From: Candidatus Nanoperiomorbaceae bacterium
Lineage (GTDB): Bacteria; Patescibacteriota; Saccharimonadia; Saccharimonadales; Saccharimonadaceae
DNA length: 64,000 bases
Assembly: GCA_049297855.1 (NCBI GenBank)
Contig: JBAQVB010000006.1
Span: forward strand, 1,958 to 65,957
Reading direction: 5' to 3'
In this document: piece after piece, positions 47,997 through 57,425 of the stretch
How the letters are laid out: each line of letters starts with the position of its first letter
Numbering within the stretch: the stretch's first letter is position 1
Position numbers and translations under genes: made by a program
Notes under the pieces: generated by a model
Database searches by the model: none
Seen by the model: the letters and a program-made list of their open reading frames with translations, nothing else
What the model was told of the DNA's origin: nothing

Positions 47997-49298
47997 TTAT
48001 TTGCCCGAATCGGCCAACAGCCGATAACGCACATCACGCAACACGTTCATATAGTAGATAAATGCATCATATGGCGAATCATAAGGTGAAAAATAAGCGT
48101 GCACATCGCCGTCATTCCAATATTTCGTGCTCATAAAGTAGGGCGTATCGGAGGCCGACAGCCAGCGCCAATCGCGAATCAAATCCAAATCGCCGGTCGC
48201 CAAAATCGCCCCCGTTAAATCATACAGATAACGTTGGGACTCCTGCTGCATACGGTTGCCGAGCCAGGCCGACAGATCGCGCTCACTGTCCGCCCAAGTC
48301 GTAGTGCGCGGGAAATCAATCGCTTCGGTCGCCGGATAATCCCGCGCCGCGCCGGAAATCGTCGCAAAAGTATGATTCGGCCGCCTTTTCCATTCGCGCA
48401 AAGTATTAGCGAACAGATCAAAAATCCCGGTATCCGCCCACACGTTTTCGCCAAAGGTTTCAAAGTCCATGAACAAATTAACCACCGGACCGTCGGCCGC
48501 ATCCAACCATGACGTATACTTGCCAGCCGTCAGCGGCCACTCTTTCCATTGGCGATCACCCATGCGAAAGGCTAGATCGTCACTTAGTTTATAGTTTTTC
48601 ATCAACAACTTTGTGAAATCCGTGCCAACTGGTTTGTAAACAAAATTCGGCGAGCGCCAGCCCAAAACCGGTTCCCAGCCCTCAGCTAAAACGGCGCGAT
48701 AGTGTTGTTGGTTAGCCCAGCCGCCCAACTCGTTATTATAGGCCAGCTCAGTATTGCGAAAACTAGTCGGCGTGTATTCAGGACCGAAAATTTGTCGAAT
48801 TTTGTCGGCGTGCATTTTGACTTGCCGCTCGAATTCTTCGCGATGGAAGAAAAAAGCTAATGAATGATAATAAGTCTCGCCTAAAATCTCCACACGCCCG
48901 GTCGACACAATATCACGAAACGCGTCCAGTACCTCTGGCGCAAAGTATTCGGCCTGCTCGATAAAGGTGCCTGTAATCGATAGGGAAATCCGGAAATCCG
49001 GAATTTCGCGCAATAATTTCGCCAACAGCTTGGTCATTGGTAAATAGGATTTTTCGGCCACTTTACGGAAAATCTTGCCGTTATCCGCACCAAATTTGCC
49101 ACCAATATGCCAATAGTTGTGATCATAGCCAGTTTCAAAGGCAGAATATGGCCGCAGTCGCCACGGCTGGTGAACGTGCAAATATAAGACCAGAGATTTT
49201 TGCCCGGTCAGATGTTCGGCTCGAGCATTACGCTCAACCCGATCACGCAGCGCACGCTCAGCCGCCATTAAATCACCAACGCTCACTAGCTCAGGCAT
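47997..49298 (-). CDS. Glycoside hydrolase family 57 protein (alpha-glucan branching/amylase-like)
   Basis: ORF 47997..49364 trimmed to ATG 49298, which follows GGAGGG by 5 nt. LYLHVHQPWR N-terminal motif and FMDFETFGE are typical of GH57. Confidence 0.8.
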   Translation of the reverse strand: MPELVSVGDLMAAERALRDRVERNARAEHLTGQKSLVLYLHVHQPWRLRPYSAFETGYDHNYWHIGGKFGADNGKIFRKVAEKSYLPMTKLLAKLLREIPDFRISLSITGTFIEQAEYFAPEVLDAFRDIVSTGRVEILGETYYHSLAFFFHREEFERQVKMHADKIRQIFGPEYTPTSFRNTELAYNNELGGWANQQHYRAVLAEGWEPVLGWRSPNFVYKPVGTDFTKLLMKNYKLSDDLAFRMGDRQWKEWPLTAGKYTSWLDAADGPVVNLFMDFETFGENVWADTGIFDLFANTLREWKRRPNHTFATISGAARDYPATEAIDFPRTTTWADSERDLSAWLGNRMQQESQRYLYDLTGAILATGDLDLIRDWRWLSASDTPYFMSTKYWNDGDVHAYFSPYDSPYDAFIYYMNVLRDVRYRLLADSGK

Positions 49299-50664
49299 AC
49301 TGTCCCTCCATTTTAATATCATATTGTTGGATACCGGTTGAACTATGATTCGAGCCGTGCGCATAATCCGTCATAACGCGACCGTAATTTGCGAGCATTT
49401 TATCGGCCGCGTCGTCCCAGTTTTCATTCAAATATTCGCTTCTCACGTTGTCACGCAATTCGGATAATAATGCATCGGACATGGAAACGTTAATGATTTG
49501 ATCCGCTAATTTGCGCGAATCCCAATAATCGAACCGCAACACGTGATGCAAGATTTCGCCAACGCCAGCGGTTTTAGATAATAAAATTGCCGTGCCGTAG
49601 TGCGCCGCTTCGAGTGGAGTTAAACCAAACGGCTCAGACACGCTTGGCAACACAAACATATCAGCCAATTGGTATAATTCACGCCACCGTTGTCCGCGTA
49701 CGAACGGAAAGAAAATCACTCGATCCGAGATACCATGTGCCGCCGCCAACTCGATCAATTTGTCGCGATCCTCACCCGATCCGGAAATCAAAAATAACAG
49801 CCGCGGATTTTTCGCCAGAGCCAACTGAGCGGCGTCAAGCAGGTGTGTCAAACCCTTCATAATGGTCATTCTTCCCATATTAACCACAGTTTTATAGCCT
49901 AGCGCGCGCATTTTTTTCACATATTGATAATCATCCGTTGCCTCATAAATATCCGACAATTGGTCAGGATCAATCGCATTATGGACCACTTCAATTTTAT
50001 CGGCCGGAATACCATATCGACGCACAATAACGTCCTTAGTTAATTGCGACACGGCAAAAATTCGATCGGCCGCCACCAAACCTTGATATTCAATTTCGTG
50101 AATTAGCGGGTTACCAGGTTTGCCGCCCGCCCGCGCGAATTCCGTAGCGTGCACATGCACGATCAGCGGCCGATGAACCAACTGACGTGCCCGAATACCA
50201 GCCTCCATCGTTAACCAATCATGGGCGTGAATTACATCCGGCAACTGACGTCGACGTGTGCCACGCGCACCATATAATTTACGAAACAGTCGCTCAACTT
50301 GATCCGCATATTTATGCGTCGCGCCAATAAAACCGGCGGTATAATCACGAATATGTTCGCAGTCACGCGCTCCACAAATCGAACAGGTGCCACCATAGGC
50401 GCCCATCGCCACGTAATTACCATATTCATCAACCAACGGCAACAAGTCATTAGCGGCAATCACATTCATTACCTGATTTGCTTCCTCATGTACAGCCGAG
50501 TAAGGCAAAATAAAATCAATATCGGCGCCTTTACGCGACAAGGATTTGGCCATCTGCAGGCAAGCCGCACCCAAACCGCCACTATTGTATGGCGGCAATT
50601 CCCAGCCCAACATTGTCAAACGCAGCTTGTGTCCCTTGTTTCTGTCTTTATTATATGTTTTCAT
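49291..50664 (-). CDS. Glycosyltransferase, glycogen-synthase-like (GT4/GT5 fold)
   Basis: ORF 49291..50913 trimmed to ATG 50664 (MKTYNK...). The upstream part is antisense to tRNA-Trp. PPYNSGGLGAA and SEPFGLTPLEA motifs. Confidence 0.8.
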   Translation of the reverse strand: MKTYNKDRNKGHKLRLTMLGWELPPYNSGGLGAACLQMAKSLSRKGADIDFILPYSAVHEEANQVMNVIAANDLLPLVDEYGNYVAMGAYGGTCSICGARDCEHIRDYTAGFIGATHKYADQVERLFRKLYGARGTRRRQLPDVIHAHDWLTMEAGIRARQLVHRPLIVHVHATEFARAGGKPGNPLIHEIEYQGLVAADRIFAVSQLTKDVIVRRYGIPADKIEVVHNAIDPDQLSDIYEATDDYQYVKKMRALGYKTVVNMGRMTIMKGLTHLLDAAQLALAKNPRLLFLISGSGEDRDKLIELAAAHGISDRVIFFPFVRGQRWRELYQLADMFVLPSVSEPFGLTPLEAAHYGTAILLSKTAGVGEILHHVLRFDYWDSRKLADQIINVSMSDALLSELRDNVRSEYLNENWDDAADKMLANYGRVMTDYAHGSNHSSTGIQQYDIKMEGQYA

Positions 50665-50791
50665 CAAAAAGCCTTTACCTTTATTAATCCCCCACTTATT
50701 ACGTAAATTGTCATAACCAATATAAACCATCATTTCATAAAAAACAAGCGTCAATTTTACCCGTTGTGGAAAACCTTTGCGCCGCATTTTG

Positions 50792-50800
50792 TGATAGAAT
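50792..50800 (+). promoter_or_regulatory. Extended -10 (TGaTAGAAT) 8 nt upstream of tRNA-Trp
   Basis: Sequence motif only. Confidence 0.45.
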
Positions 50801-50808
50801 ATAAATAT

Positions 50809-50884
50809 ACGGGCGTAGCTCAGTTGGTAGAGCACAGGTCTCCAAAACCTGGTGTCGGGGGTTCGAACCCCTCCGCCCGTGCCA
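50809..50884 (+). tRNA. tRNA-Trp (anticodon CCA), CCA end encoded
   Basis: Manual fold. Acceptor ACGGGCG/CGCCCGT, D-arm GCTC-AGTTGGTA-GAGC, anticodon stem CAGGT/ACCTG with loop CTCCAAA, T-arm GGGGG-TTCGAAC-CCCTC, then G and CCA. Confidence 0.9.
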
Positions 50885-50951
50885 GAAACATAGGTGATTG
50901 CAGTTTTGCTCATTTATGCTATAGTTAATCAGTAGATGCACAGGAGGGGAA

Positions 50952-51578
50952 GTGAATAAACTAAATTTGAACCAGCCACTAGCCGTTGTGGTCGTCGGAT
51001 TGCCAGGCGCGGGCAAGACGTTTTTTGCGGAACGTTTTGCAACGATGTTTGGCGCCCCGGTCGTGAGTCGTGATCGAATTCGTTGGACGTTATTTGCCAA
51101 TCACACTTATTCTGACAACGAAAACGCCATGGTCAATCAAGTGGCCGATTTATTTATAAATGAGATGTGGCGCTCTAAGCACACTTTTGTATTGGACGGC
51201 GGTTACGATCGCCACCAGACACGCGATCATTTAATCAGGCTAGCAAAAAAAGCTGGTTTTTATCCACTTGTGGTCGAGATTCAGTCCGGTGAACCAATAT
51301 CGCAGGATCGTGCCACGCACCGCCGCGCCAAAAATCCAGATGATAAATATAATCAATCTTTGTCGACGACGCAATTTGCGAAATTCAAAAACGATTACGA
51401 GGCGCCACGCTCCGGTCAGAACACCGTGGTCATCAGTGGCACCCACACAACGCAAACCCAATTACGAACGGTACTACAGAAAATCATCACACTGGAGAAA
51501 ACGGCGACCACTGAGGAGAAACGAGTTGCTAGTAAAAATAACGCGTCGGGCGCAGCCAGCAAAGTTTTCATCCAATAA
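50952..51578 (+). CDS. P-loop ATPase/kinase (AAA_33 / zeta-toxin-like fold)
   Basis: 208 aa. GTG start after AGGAGGGG. Walker A GLPGAGKT. Confidence 0.75.
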   Translation: MNKLNLNQPLAVVVVGLPGAGKTFFAERFATMFGAPVVSRDRIRWTLFANHTYSDNENAMVNQVADLFINEMWRSKHTFVLDGGYDRHQTRDHLIRLAKKAGFYPLVVEIQSGEPISQDRATHRRAKNPDDKYNQSLSTTQFAKFKNDYEAPRSGQNTVVISGTHTTQTQLRTVLQKIITLEKTATTEEKRVASKNNASGAASKVFIQ

Positions 51579-51690
51579 CGCACCGCCGGATCAATCGATC
51601 TGTTGCGTTCAATACCGCATTTTAATCGCTAGCGCTCGTGCCAGTTCAATTTTACATGATGACGAATTCGGCGATATCGAGGTCAGGCGC

Positions 51691-52335
51691 GTGCGTGGCT
51701 CGATGCTGCGACTCAAAATTCAAACTAATGGCCAAATCGTGGCGCAATTGCCGCATTTCGTCTCGACACGCGAAGTCGTGAAATTACTGGAACGATCGCG
51801 GCCAAGTCTGCGTCAAAATCTCAAAGCCATGCCGACTAAAAAAAATTATCACGACAACGATACTATCGGTAAAAGTCATATTCTGCATTTACGCAGCAAC
51901 GCGGTGCGCGATCACGTCATGGTCACAAAATCAGCCATCAACGTCGATCTGACGTCACGTACGTCTTCCGCCATTCGCGAACACCTGATCAAAGACGGTG
52001 TTGAAAAGGCTTTGCGCTTGGAAGCCAAAGCTTATTTACCGCGCCAACTGCGTTTTTGGGCGCTCAAATTTGCCGATCGTGGTATTCATTACGAGCGCGT
52101 CCAGTTCACGCACGCTAAAAGTCGCTGGGGTTCATGTAGCTCAACGGGCACAATTTCGCTCAATATTATGCTGATGACGTTACCGCAAGATCTGATCGAT
52201 TATGTGTTATTGCATGAGCTCAATCACACAATTCACATGGATCACAGCGCGGCGTTTTGGGCCGAGCTAGAGGAAATTTGTCCCCACGCCAAACGTCGAC
52301 GTAAACTAATGCGCCAATATTCGCCATATTTGTAA
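51691..52335 (+). CDS. YgjP/DUF45-type (M48-like) zinc metallopeptidase; start codon uncertain
   Basis: HELNHTIHMDHSAAFW (HExxH...H..FW) motif. ORF 51268..52335 overlaps the upstream gene. The first canonical in-frame start after that gene's stop is GTG 51691, but conserved-looking residues (FGDIEVRR) lie just before it. Confidence 0.6.
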   Translation: MRGSMLRLKIQTNGQIVAQLPHFVSTREVVKLLERSRPSLRQNLKAMPTKKNYHDNDTIGKSHILHLRSNAVRDHVMVTKSAINVDLTSRTSSAIREHLIKDGVEKALRLEAKAYLPRQLRFWALKFADRGIHYERVQFTHAKSRWGSCSSTGTISLNIMLMTLPQDLIDYVLLHELNHTIHMDHSAAFWAELEEICPHAKRRRKLMRQYSPYL

Positions 52336-52393
52336 ATTTACGTTACAGCTAAAAGTGGCTTTACATAGTGAATGTGCTAAAATTGTTTGTATA

Positions 52394-54088
52394 ATGAGTG
52401 GAGATAAAGCACTAGTTAAGAACCATCATCGACAAAACGATTGGGAATTATCGCGTGCGACTCAATTAATTAGTGGCGGTGCTTCGTTAGTTATGGCTAT
52501 ATACACCGGACTGTCACTATGGTCTATTGTGCCGGGGTCGGGGATTGGCCGATCGTTGTTTTTGATCTGGGGTTTGATCCTTATTTTTATAACCATCAGT
52601 GGTTTTGAATTTTTCGTGCGTTGCCGCAAACGCAGTGATCTGATTCTGATGGCGCTTTTACGCTACACCACATTATCCGCTTTTACCAGTTTGATTGCGG
52701 GCGATCAAACGCTCACTTATGCGCTGTGGCTGGTTTTGCTCGTGATAAGCGGTTTAACGCTCGGCTGGCGCTGGTTGGTTGGTGGTGGTGTCTGGTTGTT
52801 GTTAACCAGTTTAGTGGCACAGCACTCAATCTTGACCGCATTCGATGTTACAATATCCGCGGTTATCGTGTCGGTTGTGGCTGCGCTAATAATTTGGCTA
52901 CGCCGAGCTGATATGGTGCCACTGAATGCTTACAATGAGTTAGCTACCCGCGAAAAGCTCGGCCAACATCGTTTGGAAACGATTATCAACTCAATCACCG
53001 ACGCAGTCGTGGGCGTCGATAGTCGCGGCAAAATCAACTTTTATAACGCGGCGTTGTTGTCGCTGATCGATACAAATAGGACTCTTACCGGACGTTATTT
53101 AGACGAATTTTTTCATCTGATTGATGCCGACAACAAGCCACTTAAATTCGCCAAACTAATGCGCAAAATTACCCAACCAACCGAAAAAGACGATCTCCGG
53201 CACGTTTATCCGGACGGTCAAAAAATCAACTTATTAATTGAATTTGCGCCGGTACGCGAAGTTTTTCGCGCTAAAACGGCTAACATCAATGCTGGTTTTA
53301 TACTGATCATTCGCGACATCACAAAACAGAAATCCTTGGATGACGAACGCGACGAATTTATTGCGGTAATGTCGCACGAGTTGCGCACGCCGGTAGCGAT
53401 CGCCGAAGGTGCTTTGTCGAATCTGCAAATATTAGTCGCGCGCCAGACTGATCCAAAAACGTTCGGCGCTACGCTTAATTCGGCGCATGATCAGATTTTA
53501 TATCTGGGGCAAATGGTCAACGACCTATCGACCCTGAGCCGCGCCCAACGGGGTGTTATGATGGAGCCGGAAGTTGTCAACATTGGCGACTTTGCTGATG
53601 AACTATATAAAAAATACTTACCCGAAGCCACCGAGCGCAAACTAAAACTAGATTTAGACGTACGTGTCTCGGGCGAGGTGCGCGTTTCACGCATGGCGAT
53701 TGAGGAAATCATGCAAAATCTGATCGTTAACGCCCTGAAATATACCCGGCAGGGCGGAATCGATATCGTTGTTCAACCAGTTCCAAATGACAATAATAAA
53801 GTCGAGTTCGCGGTTAAGGACACCGGCATCGGCATCAGCATTTCCGACCAAAAACATGTCTTTGAGCGGTTTTGGCGCAGTGAAGATTATCGCACGCGCG
53901 AAACTAACGGCACCGGTCTGGGCCTTAGCATCGTCGACCAGCTCGCGCATAAAATTAATACCGTGGTCGAGTTAAGATCACGTCTCAATTATGGTTCAAC
54001 CTTTAGCTTTCAGTTGCCACTATTCGCTAAATCAAAGCCGGCAGACACCAAAACGATCAATTCCCAAAAGACTACTAAAAAATCCTAA
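52394..54088 (+). CDS. Polytopic membrane sensor histidine kinase (multi-TM + PAS + HisKA + HATPase_c)
   Basis: ORF 52355..54088. ATG 52394 lies 10 nt after TGcTAAAAT. H-box MSHELRTPVAIAEGA, NALKYT, DTGIGI and GTGLGLSIV motifs. Confidence 0.88.
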   Translation: MSGDKALVKNHHRQNDWELSRATQLISGGASLVMAIYTGLSLWSIVPGSGIGRSLFLIWGLILIFITISGFEFFVRCRKRSDLILMALLRYTTLSAFTSLIAGDQTLTYALWLVLLVISGLTLGWRWLVGGGVWLLLTSLVAQHSILTAFDVTISAVIVSVVAALIIWLRRADMVPLNAYNELATREKLGQHRLETIINSITDAVVGVDSRGKINFYNAALLSLIDTNRTLTGRYLDEFFHLIDADNKPLKFAKLMRKITQPTEKDDLRHVYPDGQKINLLIEFAPVREVFRAKTANINAGFILIIRDITKQKSLDDERDEFIAVMSHELRTPVAIAEGALSNLQILVARQTDPKTFGATLNSAHDQILYLGQMVNDLSTLSRAQRGVMMEPEVVNIGDFADELYKKYLPEATERKLKLDLDVRVSGEVRVSRMAIEEIMQNLIVNALKYTRQGGIDIVVQPVPNDNNKVEFAVKDTGIGISISDQKHVFERFWRSEDYRTRETNGTGLGLSIVDQLAHKINTVVELRSRLNYGSTFSFQLPLFAKSKPADTKTINSQKTTKKS

Positions 54089-54121
54089 CATTATCACGAA
54101 TGCATTCCGCAAAATAACAAG

Positions 54122-54150
54122 AAAAATTCCGTTGTTTTAACGGAATTTAA
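54122..54150. terminator. Hairpin between the convergent HK gene and rplK (bidirectional terminator candidate)
   Basis: Perfect 10-bp stem AAATTCCGTT/AACGGAATTT (54124-33 / 54139-48) with a 5-nt loop. An A-run upstream gives a T-run on the minus strand. Confidence 0.6.
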
Positions 54151-54171
54151 CAAGGAAGGCTGCCGAACAGA

Positions 54172-54603
54172 TTAATCCTCGACCGTCACGCCCATACTGC
54201 GCGCCGTGCCAGCCACAATTTTCGCACCAGCCTCGACGTCGTTGGCATTGGAAAAACCATCATCCATTTTTTTCTGAGCGATAGCGCGCGCCTGATCCCA
54301 GGTGATTTTACCAACTTTATCGGCCTGCGGTTTGCCCGAACCTTTTTCGATGCCGGCGGCTTCGCGAATTAAATCATCAACCGGTTGGCCAAGCGATTTC
54401 CAGGTGAACGAGCGATCGTCGTAAACCTGCAAATGGACAATAACGTTTTTGCCCATCAGATCCTTAGTTTTTTCATTGAACGGATTTATAAAATCCATCA
54501 TATTCAGCCCCCATTGACCGAGCGTCGATCCCACTGGTGGGCCGGCGGTCGCACGACCGGCCGGAATGCGCAATTTCAAATTTCCTACAATTTTCTTAGC
54601 CAC
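54172..54603 (-). CDS. rplK: 50S ribosomal protein L11
   Basis: 143 aa. KLRIPAGRATAGPPVGSTLGQWGLNMM motif. Confidence 0.96.
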   Translation of the reverse strand: MAKKIVGNLKLRIPAGRATAGPPVGSTLGQWGLNMMDFINPFNEKTKDLMGKNVIVHLQVYDDRSFTWKSLGQPVDDLIREAAGIEKGSGKPQADKVGKITWDQARAIAQKKMDDGFSNANDVEAGAKIVAGTARSMGVTVED

Positions 54604-54754
54604 TTTTTCTCCTTAGATTAAATTTTCTAGTGTTTTCACGAAAAAGATGAAGCTTTCGCAAAAAGTGTAACGCGATCATTTTACTAAATTTGTCGCAAAA
54701 ATGCAAGATGCCGGACAGAAATTATGGTAAGAATATGCTAAAATATAAAATCAG

Positions 54755-55953
54755 ATGAACGAATCAAACAACAAAGTCGTGACAAAGTCTTCGGACAAAC
54801 CTGCACGACAATCTAATTTTGAGTTGCTTCGCATTTTAGCAATCTTCGGATCACATCGTTCTCTTGGGCGTCATGAATAATGCCTTTCAGACACGCACGT
54901 CATTATACGCGACTCCGCACTTTTTTCCTAGCCTAGCGATCTTTCCGTTGATTGCCATTTTTGGACACATGGGCAACAACATTTTCATCTTGCTTTCCGG
55001 ATATTTTCTGTTCGGTAAAAATATTAATTTCACGAGCCAGACTAAAAAAATACTTGCACAAATCGCGTTTGCAACGTTGACGTTAATTTTTATATCATTT
55101 TATCATGCTTGAACTCGCCGTCCACGGAGCATTTCCATGGTGGACGCCAAAAAATATACAAATAACTCAGTTCGATTTCTTTAATAATTCGGGGTGGTTT
55201 CTGGGCTATTATTTGTTCATAATACTATTCGCCAAATTATTTTTGAATGAAAAATTAAAAAATATGCAGAAGAAAACGTGGCACTTCGTGCTATCCATTG
55301 AACTGGCAATAATTTGCATTGGGTCACTCTATGGTTTTCTAGACAGTTTTGTCAAAGGTGATCCGCTATTATCTCCGTCTACTTTTGTTCTGGGAATTTT
55401 TCTTTACATTCTAGGTTCATATATCCGGAAATATAATCCTTTTGAGCGCATCAAGACATGGGCGTTGTGGGCTAGTGCCATTATTTTGGCTATTTTGCCG
55501 ATATGGTCTTTTTATGAGAATACAAAGCTAGCAATTCTTCAATATACTCCGGGGACTGTTTTTCAGCAATCCCACTTGATTGACGTTAATCCCTATATGG
55601 GCAACATCGTAATTTTATTGCTGAGCGTTATTATTTTTGAATTGTTCCGCAGAATCAGACCCTTCGTGTCAGAGACAATTAATTACGTCGCCAGTGCCAC
55701 GTTAATGATCTTTTTGGTGCATAAGTCCGAAGTAGTTTTATCTACGGCGAAAGGTAATCATAGTTGGGAGAAACTTTTGATGTATCATCCTAAACAGTTT
55801 ATCCTCAACGTGTTGTTTTTGACGCTGGTCTATTTTGCAACGGGATTCGTGGTATATGTATTTTATGACCAATTTACGCGCAAACTCTGGCCAAAAATTT
55901 CAAGATTAATACTAAAACAAAAAGCAGCGACGAGTATTAGTAAAATTAAATAG
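54755..55953 (+). pseudogene. Acyltransferase-3 family membrane protein, broken by two frameshifts
   Basis: Three consecutive frames. 54755-54880 reads MNESNN...RQSNFELLRILAIFG (typical family N-terminus) then stops. ORF 54864..55112 contains GHMGNNIFILLSGYFLFG. ORF 55105..55953 is polytopic. The second junction lies in T-runs at 55087-55101. Confidence 0.7.
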
Positions 55954-56003
55954 CCGGAATTGAATTATTCTGGCTATAAAATTATTCGCGGCACCGAAGT
56001 TTA

Positions 56004-56552
56004 TTACACTTTTTTAACTTGTAATACGTCCAGCTCAACGTTCGTGTCGCGGCCGAACATCGAAACGGCAACCTTGACTTTGCCTTTGGCCGGATCGATC
56101 GACTGAATTGCGCCGTCAAAGCCCTTGAATGGACCGTCGATAATATTAATAACTTCACCGATTTGAAAATCGATCTCGGTTTTAGCTTCCTCGGCGCCCA
56201 TGCGTTTTTTGATGGATTTGATTTCTTTATCACTGACTGGCGTAGGATCGGTGCCCGCGCCAACGAAGCCGGTCACGCCCGGCGTATTGCGAATGATAAA
56301 CCAAGCTTCGTCGTCGAGTTTCATTTGCGCCAAGATGTAACCCTGAAAAATCAGTGAGTCAACCACTTTTTTCTTGCCATTTTTAATCTGGATGGTTTTT
56401 TCGCGTGGCACGATAACATCAAAAATCTTGTCAGCCATGTCAACGCCGTTGATGCGCTGACGAATTTGCTCGGCGGCGCGCTCCTCGTAACCCGCATAGG
56501 TGTGAATAGCGTACCATTGTTTAGTGTCGTCATATCGTTTAACTTTTGCCAT
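56004..56552 (-). CDS. nusG: Transcription termination/antitermination factor NusG
   Basis: 182 aa. WYAIHTYAGYEE (NGN domain) and a C-terminal KOW (GPFKGFDGAI). Confidence 0.95.
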   Translation of the reverse strand: MAKVKRYDDTKQWYAIHTYAGYEERAAEQIRQRINGVDMADKIFDVIVPREKTIQIKNGKKKVVDSLIFQGYILAQMKLDDEAWFIIRNTPGVTGFVGAGTDPTPVSDKEIKSIKKRMGAEEAKTEIDFQIGEVINIIDGPFKGFDGAIQSIDPAKGKVKVAVSMFGRDTNVELDVLQVKKV

Positions 56553-56583
56553 TGAATCTCCTTTTCCTCGCTACCACCGCGAA

Positions 56584-56994
56584 TTACCTTAATATCACGC
56601 TCTTAACAATAAACTGGAACAACCAGTCGAGTAGCGTCACAATCACCGCAAAAAATACCGTAAACGCCAGCACTGCCCAGGTCAACGACCAAGTAGCGCG
56701 ACGATTCGGCCACTCCACTTGACGCAGTTCATGCCACGAATCACGCACGTAACGGCCAGCCGCAAATAGCGGTCGCCACAGCACAAACGGCTTTTTATTT
56801 GGATGCTTGGCCGCGCGTTGAGCGAGCTTGGCCGCCATCTTAGGCGAAACTTGGCGATCATGTTGAACCGGCGACTGGGTTAGCTCAGACGTGTCTACTT
56901 TGGATCGTATCGGTTCAGCTACGCCAGCTTTGACACGTCGCACAACTCTTTTTTTACCGTCCGCCACAAGCACTCCTTTCCGCGATTTACTCAC
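56584..56994 (-). CDS. secE: Preprotein translocase subunit SecE (long basic N-terminal extension)
   Basis: 136 aa. C-terminal ELRQVEWPNRRATW followed by a single TM segment is canonical SecE. Lies upstream of nusG. Confidence 0.85.
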   Translation of the reverse strand: MSKSRKGVLVADGKKRVVRRVKAGVAEPIRSKVDTSELTQSPVQHDRQVSPKMAAKLAQRAAKHPNKKPFVLWRPLFAAGRYVRDSWHELRQVEWPNRRATWSLTWAVLAFTVFFAVIVTLLDWLFQFIVKSVILR

Positions 56995-57072
56995 TTAATT
57001 TAAAAAGTCTGGCTTATTATTTTCGCCAGATGTCAAGTTAATTATAGCAAATTCACGTTACGCGTGCAAGCG

Positions 57073-57081
57073 TGTTACAAT
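57073..57081 (+). promoter_or_regulatory. Extended -10 (TGtTACAAT) 6 nt upstream of ATG 57088
   Basis: Sequence motif only. Confidence 0.4.
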
Positions 57082-57087
57082 TAGTAC

Positions 57088-57330
57088 ATGGATTTTCATT
57101 TTTCGATCGCTTGGGTATTGGGCGGGATCGCTCTCATAGTGATTGGCGTCGCCTTGATCAGGTTTTATAAAATAATTGCCGACAACCTGCTGTCCGGTGT
57201 TGGGAGTTATGCTCATATCAAGCTGGCTGCGCTAATCACTATCGGCACCGGGGTGGCCGCTATGACGAATCTGATTCCGCTCTTACTCAGTCTACTAGCG
57301 ACCGTGTTCGTGCAGGGCAGTGGCCGCTAG
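57088..57330 (+). CDS. Small hypothetical membrane protein (80 aa, 2 TM)
   Basis: ORF with two hydrophobic helices. Leaderless-type promoter spacing. Confidence 0.5.
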   Translation: MDFHFSIAWVLGGIALIVIGVALIRFYKIIADNLLSGVGSYAHIKLAALITIGTGVAAMTNLIPLLLSLLATVFVQGSGR

Positions 57331-57425
57331 CTTGCCAAACAACGTAAAGTTTGCTAAAATAAAACACGTTAATTAGTAATTGTGGGAGATCCGAAAAATC
57401 GTTCGAACCACGAAAGGAGTAACTT

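Noticed and set aside
50665-50913. Upstream 83 codons of ORF 49291..50913 (-)
   Set aside because: This part is antisense to tRNA-Trp (the GGGVRTPDTRFWRPVLYQLSYA-type translation is a tRNA artefact). The glycosyltransferase N-terminus begins at ATG 50664.
51268-51690. 5' part of ORF 51268..52335 (+)
   Set aside because: It overlaps the P-loop ATPase gene in another frame and is Arg-rich nonsense. Only the region after 51578 can belong to the YgjP-like gene.
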